DNA of 64,000 nt from the human T2T-CHM13v2.0 reference genome, Homo sapiens. Both the position numbers and the translations under genes were made by a program. Of the stretch, positions 28,101-43,100 are shown piece after piece; the first letter of the stretch is position 1, and the number at the start of each line of letters is the position of its first letter. Under the pieces are notes generated by a model. The model saw only the letters and a program-made list of their open reading frames with translations. It did not search any database and was not told the origin of the DNA. The stretch lies in the NCBI RefSeq assembly GCF_009914755.1, contig NC_060948.1; one strand, written 5' to 3'.

Positions 28101-31100
28101 TGCAATGGAATCTAATGAAACGGAAAGGAATGGAATGGAATGGGCTGGAATGGAATGGAATCGAAACGAATGGAATGGAATCGAACTGAAGAGACTGGAA
28201 TGGAATACACTGGAATGGAAGGGAATGTAATGGAAGGTTCTCGAAAAAAATGTAATTGAAAGGAATGGAATTGAGTGGAACGGAATAGAGTCGAATGGAA
28301 TTCAATGGAATGGAATGGACTAGAGTGAAATGGAATCGAACCACAAGGAATGGACAGGAATAGAATGGTCTCGAATTGAATGGAATCGTATGGAATGGCA
28401 TCAAACGGAATGGAATGGACAGCCACGGAATGGAATGCACTCGAATGCAATGGAGTCGAAACTAATGGACTGGAATAGAATGGACTCGACTGGTACGGAC
28501 TCCAATGGAATGGAATCGAATGGAAGGGAATCGAACGGAATGGACTCGAAGGGAAAAGACTGCAATGGAAAGGTCTCGAATGGAATGGAAATTAATGGAA
28601 TGGAATGGAATCGAATGAAATGGAGTCAAAAGGAATGGAATCGAATGGCAGGAAATCGAATGTAATGGAATCACAAGGAATTGATGTGAACGGAACGGAA
28701 TGGAATGGAATCCAAAGGAATGGAATAGAATGGAATGGAATCGAATGGAAAGGACTCGAATGGAAATCACTCGAATAGAATGCAATTTAATAAAATAGGA
28801 TCAAATGTAATGGAATGGAATGGAAAGGAATCGAAACGAAAGGAATGGAGACAGATGGAATGGAATGGAACAGAGAGCAATGGTATAGAATGGAATGGAA
28901 TCATCTGGAATGGAATTGAATGGAATGGAATAACATGAAATGGACTGGAATGGAATGGAATGCCCTTGAATTAAATGGACTGGAATGGAATGGACTCGAA
29001 CAGAGTGGAATGGAAAGTGTTGAAATAGAATGGAATGGACTCGTTTGGAATGGTCTAGTATGCAATGCAATCGACTGGCAGGGAATCAAAAGGAATGTAA
29101 TCGAATGGATTGGACTGGAATGCAATGGACTCGAATAGATTGGAAACGGAATGCAAAGGAATGGAATGGAATAGTATGGAATGGAATGGAAAGGAATGGA
29201 GTGGAATAGACTAGAGTGGAATGGAATGGACTCGAAAGCAATGGACTGGAATGGAACTTTCTTGAATGGACTGGAATCAAACGGAATGGAATGTAATGCA
29301 ATCAAATGGCATGGAATAAAATAGAATGAAAGAGAATCAAATGGAATTGAATCGAATGGAATCGAATGGATTGGAAAGGAATAGAATGGAATGGAATGGA
29401 ATTGACTCAAATGGAATGGACTAGAATGGAATGGATTCGAATGGAAGGCAAAGGAATGGAATCTATTGGAATGGACTGTAATGGAATGGAATGGAAGGGA
29501 TTGGAATGGACTCGAATGGAATGGACTGCAATAGAAAGGATTCGAATGGAATGAAAAAGAATTGAATGGAATAGAACAGAATGGAATCAAATCGAATGAA
29601 ATGGAATGGAATAGAAAGGAATGGAATGAAATGGAATGGAAAGGATTCGAATGGAATGCAATCGAATGGAATGGAATCGAACGGAATGGAATAAAATGGA
29701 AGAAAACTGGCAAGAAATGGAATCGAAATGAATGGAGTGTTATGGAACGGACTCAAAAGGAATTGAATGTAATAGAATGGAGTGGAGTGGACTCGAATAT
29801 AATAGACTGGAATGGAATGAAATCACATGGAATGGGAACGAATGGAATGGAATGGAAAGGAATGGAATCGAATGGAAAGGAATCGAATGGAAGGGAATGA
29901 AATTGAATCAACAGGAATGGAAAGGAGTAGAATAGACGGTAATGGAATGGGCTCGAATAGAATGGACACGAATGCTCAAATTAAATGGACTCGAATTGAA
30001 TGGAAACGAAAGGAATGTCATCGAATGGAATTGAATCGATTGGAATGAAATCACATATAATGGAGTGGAATCAAATGGAATTGAATCGAAAGGAAAGGAA
30101 GCGAATGGACTGAAATGAAATGGAATGGAATTGAATGGAAAGTAATGCAATGGAATAGAATGGAAAGAAATTTCACGGAATGGAATCAAACTGAATGGAA
30201 TCAAATCAATGGAATATAATCAAATGGAATGGAAAGGAATTGAATGGAGTAGATAGGATTGGATGGGATTGGAATGAAATGTACTGGAAAGGACTCGAAT
30301 TTCATGAAACGGAATGGAATGAATTAGAACGGAATGGACTCGAATGGAATGGAATATCACGGAATGGCATCAAATGGAATGGCATCAATTGGAATGGAAT
30401 CGAATGCAATGGAATGCTATGGAATGGAATGGAAAGCATTGGAATGGAATGTCCTCTAATGGAATGGATTCGAGTGGAATGGAATCGAATATAATGGAGT
30501 CTAATGAAATGGAATTGAAAGGAATGGGATCCAATACAATGGAATATACTGGAATGTAATGTAATGAACTCGAATGTAATTGACTGGAATGGAATGTACA
30601 TGAATGGAATGTAATCGAATGGAAAGTAATCCAATGGAATAGAATCTAATGCAATAAAATCGACTCAAGTAGAGTAGAATATAATGGAATGGAGTGCAGT
30701 GCAATGGAATGGAATGGAATGGAATGCAATGGAATGGAATGGAATGGAATGGAATGGAATGGGATGGAATGGTATGGAATGGATAGTAATGGACTGGAGT
30801 GAAATGGACTGGAAAGGAATGGACTCAAATTGAAAGGGCTCGAAAGGAATGGAGTCAAATGGAATGGTCTGGAATGGAATGAACACGAATGTAATGCAAT
30901 CCAATAGAATGGAATCGAATGGCATGGAATATAAAGAAATGGAATCGAAGAGAATGGAAACAAATGGAATGGAATTGAATGGAATGGAATTGAATGGAAT
31001 GGGAACGAATGGAGTGAAATTGTATGCAGTAGAAGAGAATAGAATGGAATGCAAGCGAAAGGAAAGGAATGGATTGGAATGGAATGGAATTCATTGGAAT

Positions 31101-34100
31101 GGAAGGGAATGTAGTGTAATGGACAGGCCTGGAATAAAGTGGAATGCTACGGTCTCGAATGGAATAAAAATGTATGGAATGGAATGCAATGAAACGGAAT
31201 CGAATGTCATAGAATGTAATGGAATGCAAAAAAATGGAATCCAAAATCATTGACTGGAAAGGCTGGGTGTCGAAAGGAATTGACTCCAATGGAATGGAAT
31301 CGAATGGCATGGAAGTGAATAGAATGGAACTAAATCGAATGGAATGGAATTGATAGGAACGGAATGGAAAGGAATGCAATGATTTGGCATGGAATGGAAT
31401 CGAATGGCATCGAATGGAATGGAATGGAATGCAATGGAATGGAATGTATTAGAATGTAATGAACTTTAATGGAATGTACTCGAATGGATTCGACTGGAAT
31501 GGAATGTTCTCGAAGTGAATGGACTCCAATGGAATGGATTCGAAAGGAATGGAATCTAATGGAATGGAATTAAATGGAAATGAATCAAATTGAATAGAAC
31601 GGAATTGAATTGAATGGAATCGAATGCAATGGAATCTAATGAAAAGGAAAGGAAAGGAATGGAATGGATTGGAATGGAATGGGCTGGAATGGAATGGAAT
31701 CGAAACGAATGGAATGGAATCGAACTGAAGAGACTGGAATGGAATGCACTGGAATGGAAGGGAATGTAATGGAAGGTTCTCAAGAAAAATGGAATCGAAA
31801 GGAATGGAATTGAATGGAACGGAATAGAGTCGAATGGAATTCAATGGAATGGAATGGACTAGAGTGAAATGGAATCGAACCACAAGGAATGGACAGGAAT
31901 AGAATGGTCTCGAATTGAATAGAATCGTATGGAATGGCATCAAACGGAATGGAATGGACAGCCACGGAATGGAATGCACTCGAATGCAATGGAGTCGAAA
32001 CTAATGGAGTGGAATAGAATGGACTCGACTGGTACGGACTCCAATGGAATGGAATCGAATGGAAGGGTATCGAACGGAATGGACTCGAAGGGAAAAGACT
32101 GCAATGGAAAGGTCTCGAATGGAATGGAAATTAATGGAATGGAATGGAATCGAATGAAATGGAGTCAAAAGGAATGGAATCGAATGGCAAGAAATCGAAT
32201 GTAATGGAATCGCAAGGAATTGAAGTGAACGGAACGGAATGCAATGGAATCCAAAGGAATGGAATAGAATGGAATGGAATCGAATGGAAAGGACTCGAAT
32301 GGAAATCACTCGAATAGAATGCAATTTAATAAAATAGGATCAAATGTAATGGAATGGAATGGAAAGGAATCGAAACGAAAGGAATGGAGACAGATGGAAT
32401 GGAATGGAACAGAGAGCAATGGTATAGAATGGAATGGAATCATCTGGAATGGAATTGAATGGAATGGAATAATATGAAATGGAATGGAATGGAATGGAAT
32501 GCCCTTGAATTAAATGGACTGGAATGGAATGGACTCGAACAGAGTGGAATGGAAAGTGTTGAAATAGAATGGAATGGACTCGTTTGGAATGGTCTAGTAT
32601 GCAATGCAATCGACTGGCAGAGAATCAAAAGGAATGTAATCGAATGGATTGGACTGGAATGCAATGGACTCGAATAGATTGGAAACGGAAAGCAAAGGAA
32701 TGGAATGGAATAGTATGGAATGGAATGGAAAGGAATGGAGTGGAATAGACTAGAGTGGAATGGAATGGACTGGAAAGCAATGGACTGGAATGGAACTTTC
32801 TTGAATGGACTGGAATCAAACGGAATGGAATGCAATGCAATCAAATGGCATGGAATAAAATAGAATGAAAGAGAATCAAATGGAATTGAATCGAATGGAA
32901 TCGAATGGATTGGAAAGGAATAGAATGGAATGGAACGGAATTGACTCAAATGGAATGGACTAGAATGGAATGGATTCGAATGGAAGGCAAATGAATGGAA
33001 TCTATTGGAATGGACTGTAATGGAATGGAATGGAAGGGATTGGAATGGACTCGAATGGAATGGACTGCAATAGAAAGGATTCGAATGGAATGAAAAAGAA
33101 TTGAATGGAATAGAACAGAATGGAATCAAATCGAATGAAATGGAATGGAAGAGAAAGGAATGGAATGAAATGGAATGGAAAGGATTCGAATGGAATGCAA
33201 TCGAATGGAATGGAATCGAACGGAATGGAATAAAATGGAAGAAAACTGGCAAGAAATGGAATCGAAATGAATGGAGTGTTATGGAACGGACTCAAAAGGA
33301 ATTGAATGTAATAGAATGGAGTGGAGTGGACTCGAATATAATGGACTGGAATGGAATGAAATCACATGGAATGGGAACGAATGGAATGGAATGGAAAGGA
33401 ATGGAATCGAATGGAAAGGAATCGAATGGAAGGGAATGAAATTGAATCAACAGGAATGGAAGGGAGTAGAATAGACGGTAATGGAATGGACTCGAATAGA
33501 ATGGACACGAATGCTCAAATTGAATGGACTCGAATGGAATGGAAACGAAAGGAATGTCATCGAATGGAATTGAATCGATTGGAATGAAATCGCATAGAAT
33601 GGAGTGGAATCAAATGGAATTGAATCGAAAGGAAAGGAAGCGAATGGACTGAAATGAAATGGAATGGAATTGAATGGAAAGTAATGCAATGGAATAGAAT
33701 GGAACGAAATTTCACGGAATGGAATCAAACTGAATGGAATCAAATCAATGGAATATAATCAAATGGAATGGAAAGGAATTGAATGGAGTAGATTGGATTG
33801 GATGGGATTGGAATGAAATGTACTGGAAAGGACTCGAAATTCATGAAACGGAATGGAATGAACTGGAACGGAATGGAATCGAATGGAATGGAATGTCATG
33901 GAATGGCATCAAATGGAATGGAATCGAATGCGATGGAATGCTATGGAATGGAATGGAATGCATAGGAATGGAATGTCCTCTAATGGAATGTATTCGAGTG
34001 GAATGGAATCGAATATAATGGAGTCTAATGAAATGGAATTGAAAGGAATGGGATCGAATACAATGGAATAAACTGGAATGTAATGTAATGAACTCGAATG

Positions 34101-37100
34101 TAATTGACTGGAATGGAATGTACATGAATGGAATGTAATCGAATGGAAAGCAATCCAATGGAATAGAATCTAATGCAATAAAATCGACTCAAATAGAGTA
34201 GAATGTAATGGAATGGAGTGCAGTGCAATGGAATGGAATGGAATGCAACGGAATGGAATGGAATGGAATGGAATGGGATGGAATGGTATGGAATGGATAG
34301 TAATGGACTGGAGTGAAATGGACTGGAAAAGAATGGACTCAAATTGAAAGGGCTCGAAAGGAATGGAGTCAAATGGAATGGTCTGGAATGGAATGAACAC
34401 GAATGTAATGCAATCCAATAGAATGGAATCGAATGGCATAGAATATAAAGAAATGGAATCGAAGAGAATGGAAACAAATGGAATGGAATTGAATGGAATG
34501 GAATTGAATGGAATGGGAACGAATGGAGTGAAATTGTATGCAGTAGAAGAGAATAGAATGGAATGCAAGCGAAAGGAAAGGAATGGATTGGAATGGAATG
34601 GAATTCATTGGAATGGAAGGGAATGTAGTGTAATGGACAGGCCTGGAATAAAGTGGAATGCTACGGTCTCGAATGGAATAAAAATGTATGGAATGGAATG
34701 CAATGAAACGGAATCGAATGTCATAGAATGTAATGGAATGCAAAAAAATGGACTCCAAAATCATTGACTGGAAAGGCTGGGTGTCGAAAGGAATTGACTC
34801 CAATGGAATGGAATCGAATGGAATGGAAGTGAATAGAATCGAACTAAATCGAATGGAATGGAATTGATAGGAACGGAATGGAAAGGAATGCAATGATTTG
34901 GCATGGAATGGAATCGAATGGCATCGAATGGAATGGAATGGAATGCAATGGAATGGAATGTATTAGAATGTAATGAACTTTAATGGAATGTACTCGAATG
35001 GATTCGACTGGAATGGAATGTTCTCGAAGTGAATGGACTCCAATGGAATGGATTCGAAAGGAATAGAATCTAATGGAATGGAATTAAATGGAAATGAATC
35101 AAATTGAATAGAACGGAATTGAATTGAATGGAATCGAATGCAATGGAATCTAATGAAAAGGAAAGGAAAGGAATGGAATGGATTGGAATGGAATGGGCTG
35201 GAATGGAATGGAATCGAAACGAATGGAATGGAATCGAACTGAAGAGACTGGAATGGAATGCACTGGAATGGAAGGGAATGTAATGGAAGGTTCTCAAGAA
35301 AAATGGAATCGAAAGGAATGGAATTGAATGGAACGGAATAGAGTCGAATGGAATTCAATGGAATGGAATGGACTAGAGTGAAATGGAATCGAACCACAAG
35401 GAATGGACAGGAATAGAATGGTCTCGAATTGAATGGAATCGTATGGAATGGCATCAAACGGAATGGAATGGACAGCCACGGAATGGAATGCACTCGAATG
35501 CAATGGAGTCGACACTAACGGAGTGGAATAGAATGGACTCGACTGGTACGGACTCCAATGGAATGGAATCGAATGGAAGGGTATCGAACGGAATGGGCTC
35601 GAAGGGAAAAGACTGCAATGGAAAGGTCTCGAATGGAATGGAAATTAATGGAATGGAATGGAATCGAATGAAATGGAGTCAAAAGGAATGGAATCGAATG
35701 GCAAGAAATCGAATGTAATGGAATCGCAAGGAATTGAAGTGAACGGAACGGAATGCAATGGAATCCAAAGGAATGGAATAGAATGGAATGGAATCGAATG
35801 GAAAGGACTCGAATGGAAATCACTCGAATAGAATGCAATTTAATAAAATAGGATCAAATGTAATGGAATGGAACGGAAAGGAATCGAAACGAAAGGAATG
35901 GAGACAGATGGAATGGAATGGAACAGAGAGCAATGGTATAGAATGGAATGGAATCATCTGGAATGGAATTGAATGGAATGGAATAATATGAAATGGAATG
36001 GAATGGAATGGAATGCCCTTGAATTAAATGGACTGGAATGGAATGGACTCGAACAGAGTGGAATGGAAAGTGTTGAAATAGAATGGAATGGACTCGTTTG
36101 GAATGGTCTAGTATGCAATGCAATCGACTGGCAGGGAATCAAAAGGAATGTAATCGAATGGATTGGACTGGAATGCAATGGACTCGAATAGATTGGAAAC
36201 GGAAAGCAAAGGAATGGAATGGAATAGTATGGAATGGAATGGAAAGGAATGGAGTGGAATAGACTAGAGTGGAATGGAATGGACTGGAAAGCAATGGACT
36301 GGAATGGAACTTTCTTGAATGGACTGGAATCAAACGGAATGGAATGCAATGCAATCAAATGGCATGGAATAAAATAGAATGAAAGAGAATCAAATGGAAT
36401 TGAATCGAATGGAATCGAATGGATTGGAAAGGAATAGAATGGAATGGAACGGAATTGACTCAAATGGAATGGACTAGAATGGAATGGATTCGAATGGAAG
36501 GCAAATGAATGGAATCTATTGGAATGGACTGTAATGGAATGGAATGGAAGGGATTGGAATGGACTCGAATGGAATGGACTGCAATAGAAAGGATTCGAAT
36601 GTAATGAAAAAGAATTGAATGGAATAGAACAGAATGGAATCAAATCGAATGAAATGGAATGGAAGAGAAAGGAATGGAATGAAATGGAATGGAAAGGATT
36701 CGAATGGAATGCAATCGAATGGAATGGAATCGAACGGAATGGAATAAAATGGAAGAAAACTGGCAAGAAATGGAATCGAAATGAATGGAGTGTTATGGAA
36801 CGGACTCAAAAGGAATTGAATGTAATAGAATGGAGTGGAGTGGACTCGAATATAATGGACTGGAATGGAATGAAATCACATGGAATGGGAACGAATGGAA
36901 TGGAATGGAAAGGAATGGAATCGAATGGAAAGGAATCGAATGGAAGGGAATGAAATTGAATCAACAGGAATGGAAGGGAGTAGAATAGACGGTAATGGAA
37001 TGGACTCGAATAGAATGGACACGAATGCTCAAATTGAATGGACTCGAATGGAATGGAAACGAAAGGAATGTCATCGAATGGAATTGAATCGATTGGAATG

Positions 37101-40100
37101 AAATCGCATAGAATGGAGTGGAATCAAATGGAATTGAATCGAAAGGAAAGGAAGCGAATGGACTGAAATGAAATGGAATGGAATTGAATGGAAAGTAATG
37201 CAATGGAATAGAATGGAACGAAATTTCACGGAATGGAATCAAACTGAATGGAATCAAATCAATGGAATATAATCAAATGGAATGGAAAGGAATTGAATGG
37301 AGTAGATTGGATTGGATGGGATTGGAATGAAATGTACTGGAAAGGACACGAAATTCATGAAACGGAATGGAATGAACTGGAACGGAATGGACTCGAATGG
37401 AATGGAATGTCATGGAATGGCATCAAATGGAATGGAATCGAATGCGATGGAATGCTATGGAATGGAATGGAATGCATTGGAATGGAATGTCCTCTAATGG
37501 AATGTATTCGAGTGGAATGGAATCGAATATAATGGAGTCTAATGAAATGGAATTGAAAGGAATGGGACCGAATACAATGGAATAAACTGGAATGTAATGT
37601 AATGAACTCGAATGTAATTGACTGGAATGGAATGTACATGAATGGAATGTAATCGAATGGAAAGCAATCCAATGGAATAGAATCTAATGCAATAAAATCG
37701 ACTCAAATAGAGTAGAATGTAATGGAATGGAGTGCAGTGCAATGGAATGGAATGGAATGCAACGGAATGGAATGGAATGGAATGGAATGGGATGGAATGG
37801 TATGGAATGGATAGTAATGGACTGGAGTGAAATGGACTGGAAAAGAATGGACTCAAATTGAAAGGGCTCGAAAGGAATGGAGTCAAATGGAATGGTCTGG
37901 AATGGAATGAACACGAATGTAATGCAATCCAATAGAATGGAATCGAATGGCATGGAATATAAAGAAATGGAATCGAAGAGAATGGAAACAAATGGAATGG
38001 AATTGAATGGAATGGAATTGAATGGAATGGGAACGAATGGAGTGAAATTGTATGCAGTAGAAGAGAATAGAATGGAATGCAAGCGAAAGGAAAGGAATGG
38101 ATTGGAATGGAATGGAATTCATTGGAATGGAAGGGAATGTAGTGTAATGGACAGGCCTGGAATAAAGTGGAATGCTACGGTCTCGAATGGAATAAAAATG
38201 TATGGAATGGAATGCAATGAAACGGAATCGAATGTCATAGAATGTAATGGAATGCAAAAAAATGGACTCCAAAATCATTGACTGGAAAGGCTGGGTGTCG
38301 AAAGGAATTGACTCCAATGGAATGGAATCGAATGGAATGGAAGTGAATAGAATCGAACTAAATCGAATGGAATGGAATTGATAGGAACGGAATGGAAAGG
38401 AATGCAATGACTTGGCATGGAATGGAATCGAAAGGCATCGAATGGAATGGAATGGAATGCAATGGAATGGAATGTATTAGAATGTAATGAACATTAATGG
38501 AAAGTACTCGAATGGATTCGACTGGAATGGAATGTTCTGGAAGTGAATGGACTCCAATGGAATGGATTCGAAAGGAATGGAATCGAACGGAATGGAATTA
38601 AACGGAAATGAATCAAATAGAATAGAACGGAATTGAATTGAATGGAATCGAATGCAATGGAATCTAATGAAACGGAAAGGAATGAAATGGAATGGGCTGG
38701 AATGGAATGGAATCGAAACGAATGGAATGGAATCGAACTGAAGAGACTGGAATGGAATGCACTGGAATGGAAGGGAATGTAATGGAAGGTTCTCGAAAAA
38801 AATGGAATCGAAAGGAATGGAATTGAATGGAACGGAATAGAGTCGAATGGAATTGAATGGAATGGAATGGACTAGAGTGAAATGGAATCGAACCACAAGG
38901 AATGGACAGGAATAGAATGGTCTCGAATTGAATGGAATCGTATGGAATGGCATCAAACGGAATGGAATGGACGGCCACGGAATGGAATGCACTCGAATGC
39001 AATGGAGTCGAAACTAATGGACTGGAATAGAATGGACTCGACTGGTACGGACTCCAATGGAATGGAATCGAATGGAAGGGAATCGAACGGAATGGACTCG
39101 AAGGGAAAAGACTGCAATGGAAAGGTCTCGAATGGAATGGAAATTAATGGAATGGAATGGAATCGAATGAAATGGAGTCAAAAGGAATGGAATCGAATGG
39201 CAAGAAATCGAATGTAATGGAATCGCAAGGAATTGATGTGAACGGAACGGAATGGAATGGAATCCAAAGGAATGGAATAGAATGGAATGGAATCGAATGG
39301 AAAGGACTCGAATGGAAATCACTCGAATAGAATGCAATTTAATAAAATAGGATCAAATGTAATGGAATGGAATGGAAAGGAATCGAAACGAAAGGAATGG
39401 AGACAGATGGAATGGAATGGAACAGAGAGCAATGGTATAGAATGGAATGGAATCATCTGGAATGGAATTGAATGGAATGGAATAATATGAAATGGAATGG
39501 AATGGAATGGAATGCCCTTGAATTAAATGGACTGGAATGGAATGGACTCGAACAGAGTGGAATGGAAAGTGTTGAAATAGAATGGAATGGACTCGTTTGG
39601 AATGGTCTAGTATGCAATGCAATCGACTGGCAGGGAATCAAAAGGAATGTAATCGAATGGATTGGACTGGAATGCAATGGACTCGAATAGATTGGAAACG
39701 GAAAGCAAAGGAATGGAATGGAATAGTATGGAATGGAATGGAAAGGAATGGAGTGGAATAGACTAGAGTGGAATGGAATGGACTCGAAAGCAATGGACTG
39801 GAATGGAACTTTCTTGAATGGACTGGAATCAAACGGAATGGAATGCAATGCAATCAAATGGCATGGAATAAAATAGAATGAAAGAGAATCAAATGGAATT
39901 GAATCGAATGGAATCGAATGGATTGGAAAGGAATAGAATGGAATGGAATGGAATTGACTCAAATGGAATGGACTAGAATGGAATGGATTCGAATGGAAGG
40001 CAAAGGAATGGAATCTATTGGAATGGACTGTAATGGAATGGAATGGAAGGGATTGGAATGGACTCGAATGGAATGGACTGCAGTAGAAAGGATTCGAATG

Positions 40101-43100
40101 GAATGAAAAAGAATTGAATGGAATAGAACAGAATGGAATCAAATCGAATGAAATGGAATGGAATAGAAAGGAATGGAATGAAATGGAATGGAAAGGATTC
40201 GAATGGAATGCAATCGAATGGAATGCAATCGAATGGAATGGAATCGAACGGAATGGAATAAAATGGAAGAAAACTGGCAAGAAATGGAATCGAAATGAAT
40301 GGAGTGTTACGGAACGGACTCAAAAGGAATTGAATGTAATAGAATGGAGTGGAGTGGACTCGAATATAATGGACTAGAATGGAATGAAATCACATGGAAT
40401 GGGAACGAATGGAATGGAATGGAAAGGAATGGAATCGAATGGAAAGGAATCGAATGGAAGGGAATGAAATTGAATCAACAGGAATGGAAGGGAGTAGAAT
40501 AGACGGTAATGGAATGGACTCGAATAGAATGGACACGAATGCTCAAATTGAATGGACTCGAATGGAATGGCAACGAAAGGAATGTCATCGAATGGAATTG
40601 AATCGTTGGAATGAAATCACATAGAATGGAGTGGAATCAAATGGAATTGAATCGAAAGGAAAGGAAGCGAATGGACTGAAATGAAATGGAATGGAATTGA
40701 ATGGAAATTAATGCAATGGAATAGAATGGAACGAAATTTCACGGAATGGAATCAAACTGAATGGAATCAAATCAATGGAATCAAATCAAATGGAATGGAA
40801 AGGAATTGAATGGAGTAGATTGGATTGGATGGGATTGGAATGAAATGTACTGGAAAGGACTCGAATTTCATGAAACGGAATGGAATGAATTGGAACGGAA
40901 TGGACTCGAATGGAATGGAATGTCATGGAATGGCATCAAATGGAATGGAATCGAATGCAATGGAATGCTATGGAATGGAATGGAATGCATTGGAATGGAA
41001 TGTCCTCTAATGGAATGTATTCGAGTGGAATGGAATCGAATATAATGGAGTCTATTGAAATGGAATTGAAAGGAATGGGACCGAATACAATGGAACAAAC
41101 TGGAATGTAATGTAATGAACTCGAATGTAATTGACTGGAATGGAATGTACATGAATGGAATGTAATCGAATGGAAAGCAATCCAATGGAATAGAATCTAA
41201 TGCAATAAAATCGACTCAAATAGAGTAGAATGTAATGGAATGGAGTGCAGTGCAATGGAATGGAATGGAATGCAATGGAATGGAATGGAATGGAATGGAA
41301 TGGGATGGAATGGTATGGAATGGATAGTAATGGACTGGAGTGAAATGGACTGGAAAAGAATGGACTCAAATTGAAAGGGCTCGAAAGGAATGGAGTCAAA
41401 TGGAATGGTCTGGAATGGAATGAACACGAATGTAATGCAATCCAATAGAATGGAATCGAATGGCATGGAATATAAAGAAATGGAATCGAAGAGAATGGAA
41501 ACAAATGGAATGGAATTGAATGGAATGGAATTGAATGGAATGGGAACGAATGGAGTGAAATTGTATGCAGTAGAAGAGAATAGAATGGAATGCAAGCGAA
41601 AGGAAAGGAATGGATTGGAATGGAATGGAATTCATTGGAATGGAAGGGAATGTAGTGTAATGGACAGGCCTGGAATAAAGTGGAATGCTACGGTCTCGAA
41701 TGGAATAAAAATGTATGGAATGGAATGCAATGAAACGGAATCGAATGTCATAGAATGTAATGGAATGCAAAAAAATGGACTCCAAAATCATTGACTGGAA
41801 AGGCTGGGTGTCGAAAGGAATTGACTCCAATGGAATGGAATCGAATGGAATGGAAGTGAATAGAATCGAACTAAATCGAATGGAATGGAATTGATAGGAA
41901 CGGAATGGAAAGGAATGCAATGATTTGGCATGGAATGGAATCGAAAGGCATCGAATGGAATGGAATGGAATGCAATGGAATGGAATGTATTAGAATGTAA
42001 TGAACATTAATGGAAAGTACTCGAATGGATTCGACTGGAATGGAATGTTCTGGAAGTGAATGGACTCCAATGGAATGGATTCGAAAGGAATGGAATCGAA
42101 CGGAATGGAATTAAACGGAAATGAATCAAATAGAATAGAACGGAATTGAATTGAATGGAATCGAATGCAATGGAATCTAATGAAACGGAAAGGAATGGAA
42201 TGGAATGGGCTGGAATGGAATGGAATCGAAACGAATGGAATGGAATCGAACTGAAGAGACTGGAATGGAATGCACTGGAATGGAAGGGAATGTAATGGAA
42301 GGTTCTCGAAAAAAATGGAATCGAAAGGAATGGAATTGAATGGAACGGAATAGAGTCGAATGGAATTGAATGGAATGGAATGGACTAGAGTGAAATGGAA
42401 TCGAACCACAAGGAATGGACAGGAATAGAATGGTCTCGAATTGAATGGAATCGTATGGAATGGCATCAAACGGAATGGAATGGACGGCCACGGAATGGAA
42501 TGCACTCGAATGCAATGGAGTCGAAACTAATGGACTGGAATAGAATGGACTCGACTGGTACGGACTCCAATGGAATGGAATCGAATGGAAGGGAATCGAA
42601 CGGAATGGACTCGAAGGGAAAAGACTGCAATGGAAAGGTCTCGAATGGAATGGAAATTAATGGAATGGAATGGAATCGAATGAAATGGAGTCAAAAGGAA
42701 TGGAATCGAATGGCAAGAAATCGAATGTAATGGAATCGCAAGGAATTGATGTGAACGGAACGGAATGGAATGGAATCCAAAGGAATGGAATAGAATGGAA
42801 TGGAATCGAATGGAAAGGACTCGAATGGAAATCACTCGAATAGAATGCAATTTAATAAAATAGGATCAAATGTAATGGAATGGAATGGAAAGGAATCGAA
42901 ACGAAAGGAATGGAGACAGATGGAATGGAATGGAACAGAGAGCAATGGTATAGAATGGAATGGAATCATCTGGAATGGAATTGAATGGAATGGAATAATA
43001 TGAAATGGAATGGAATGGAATGGAATGCCCTTGAATTAAATGGACTGGAATGGAATGGACTCGAACAGAGTGGAATGGAAAGTGTTGAAATAGAATGGAA

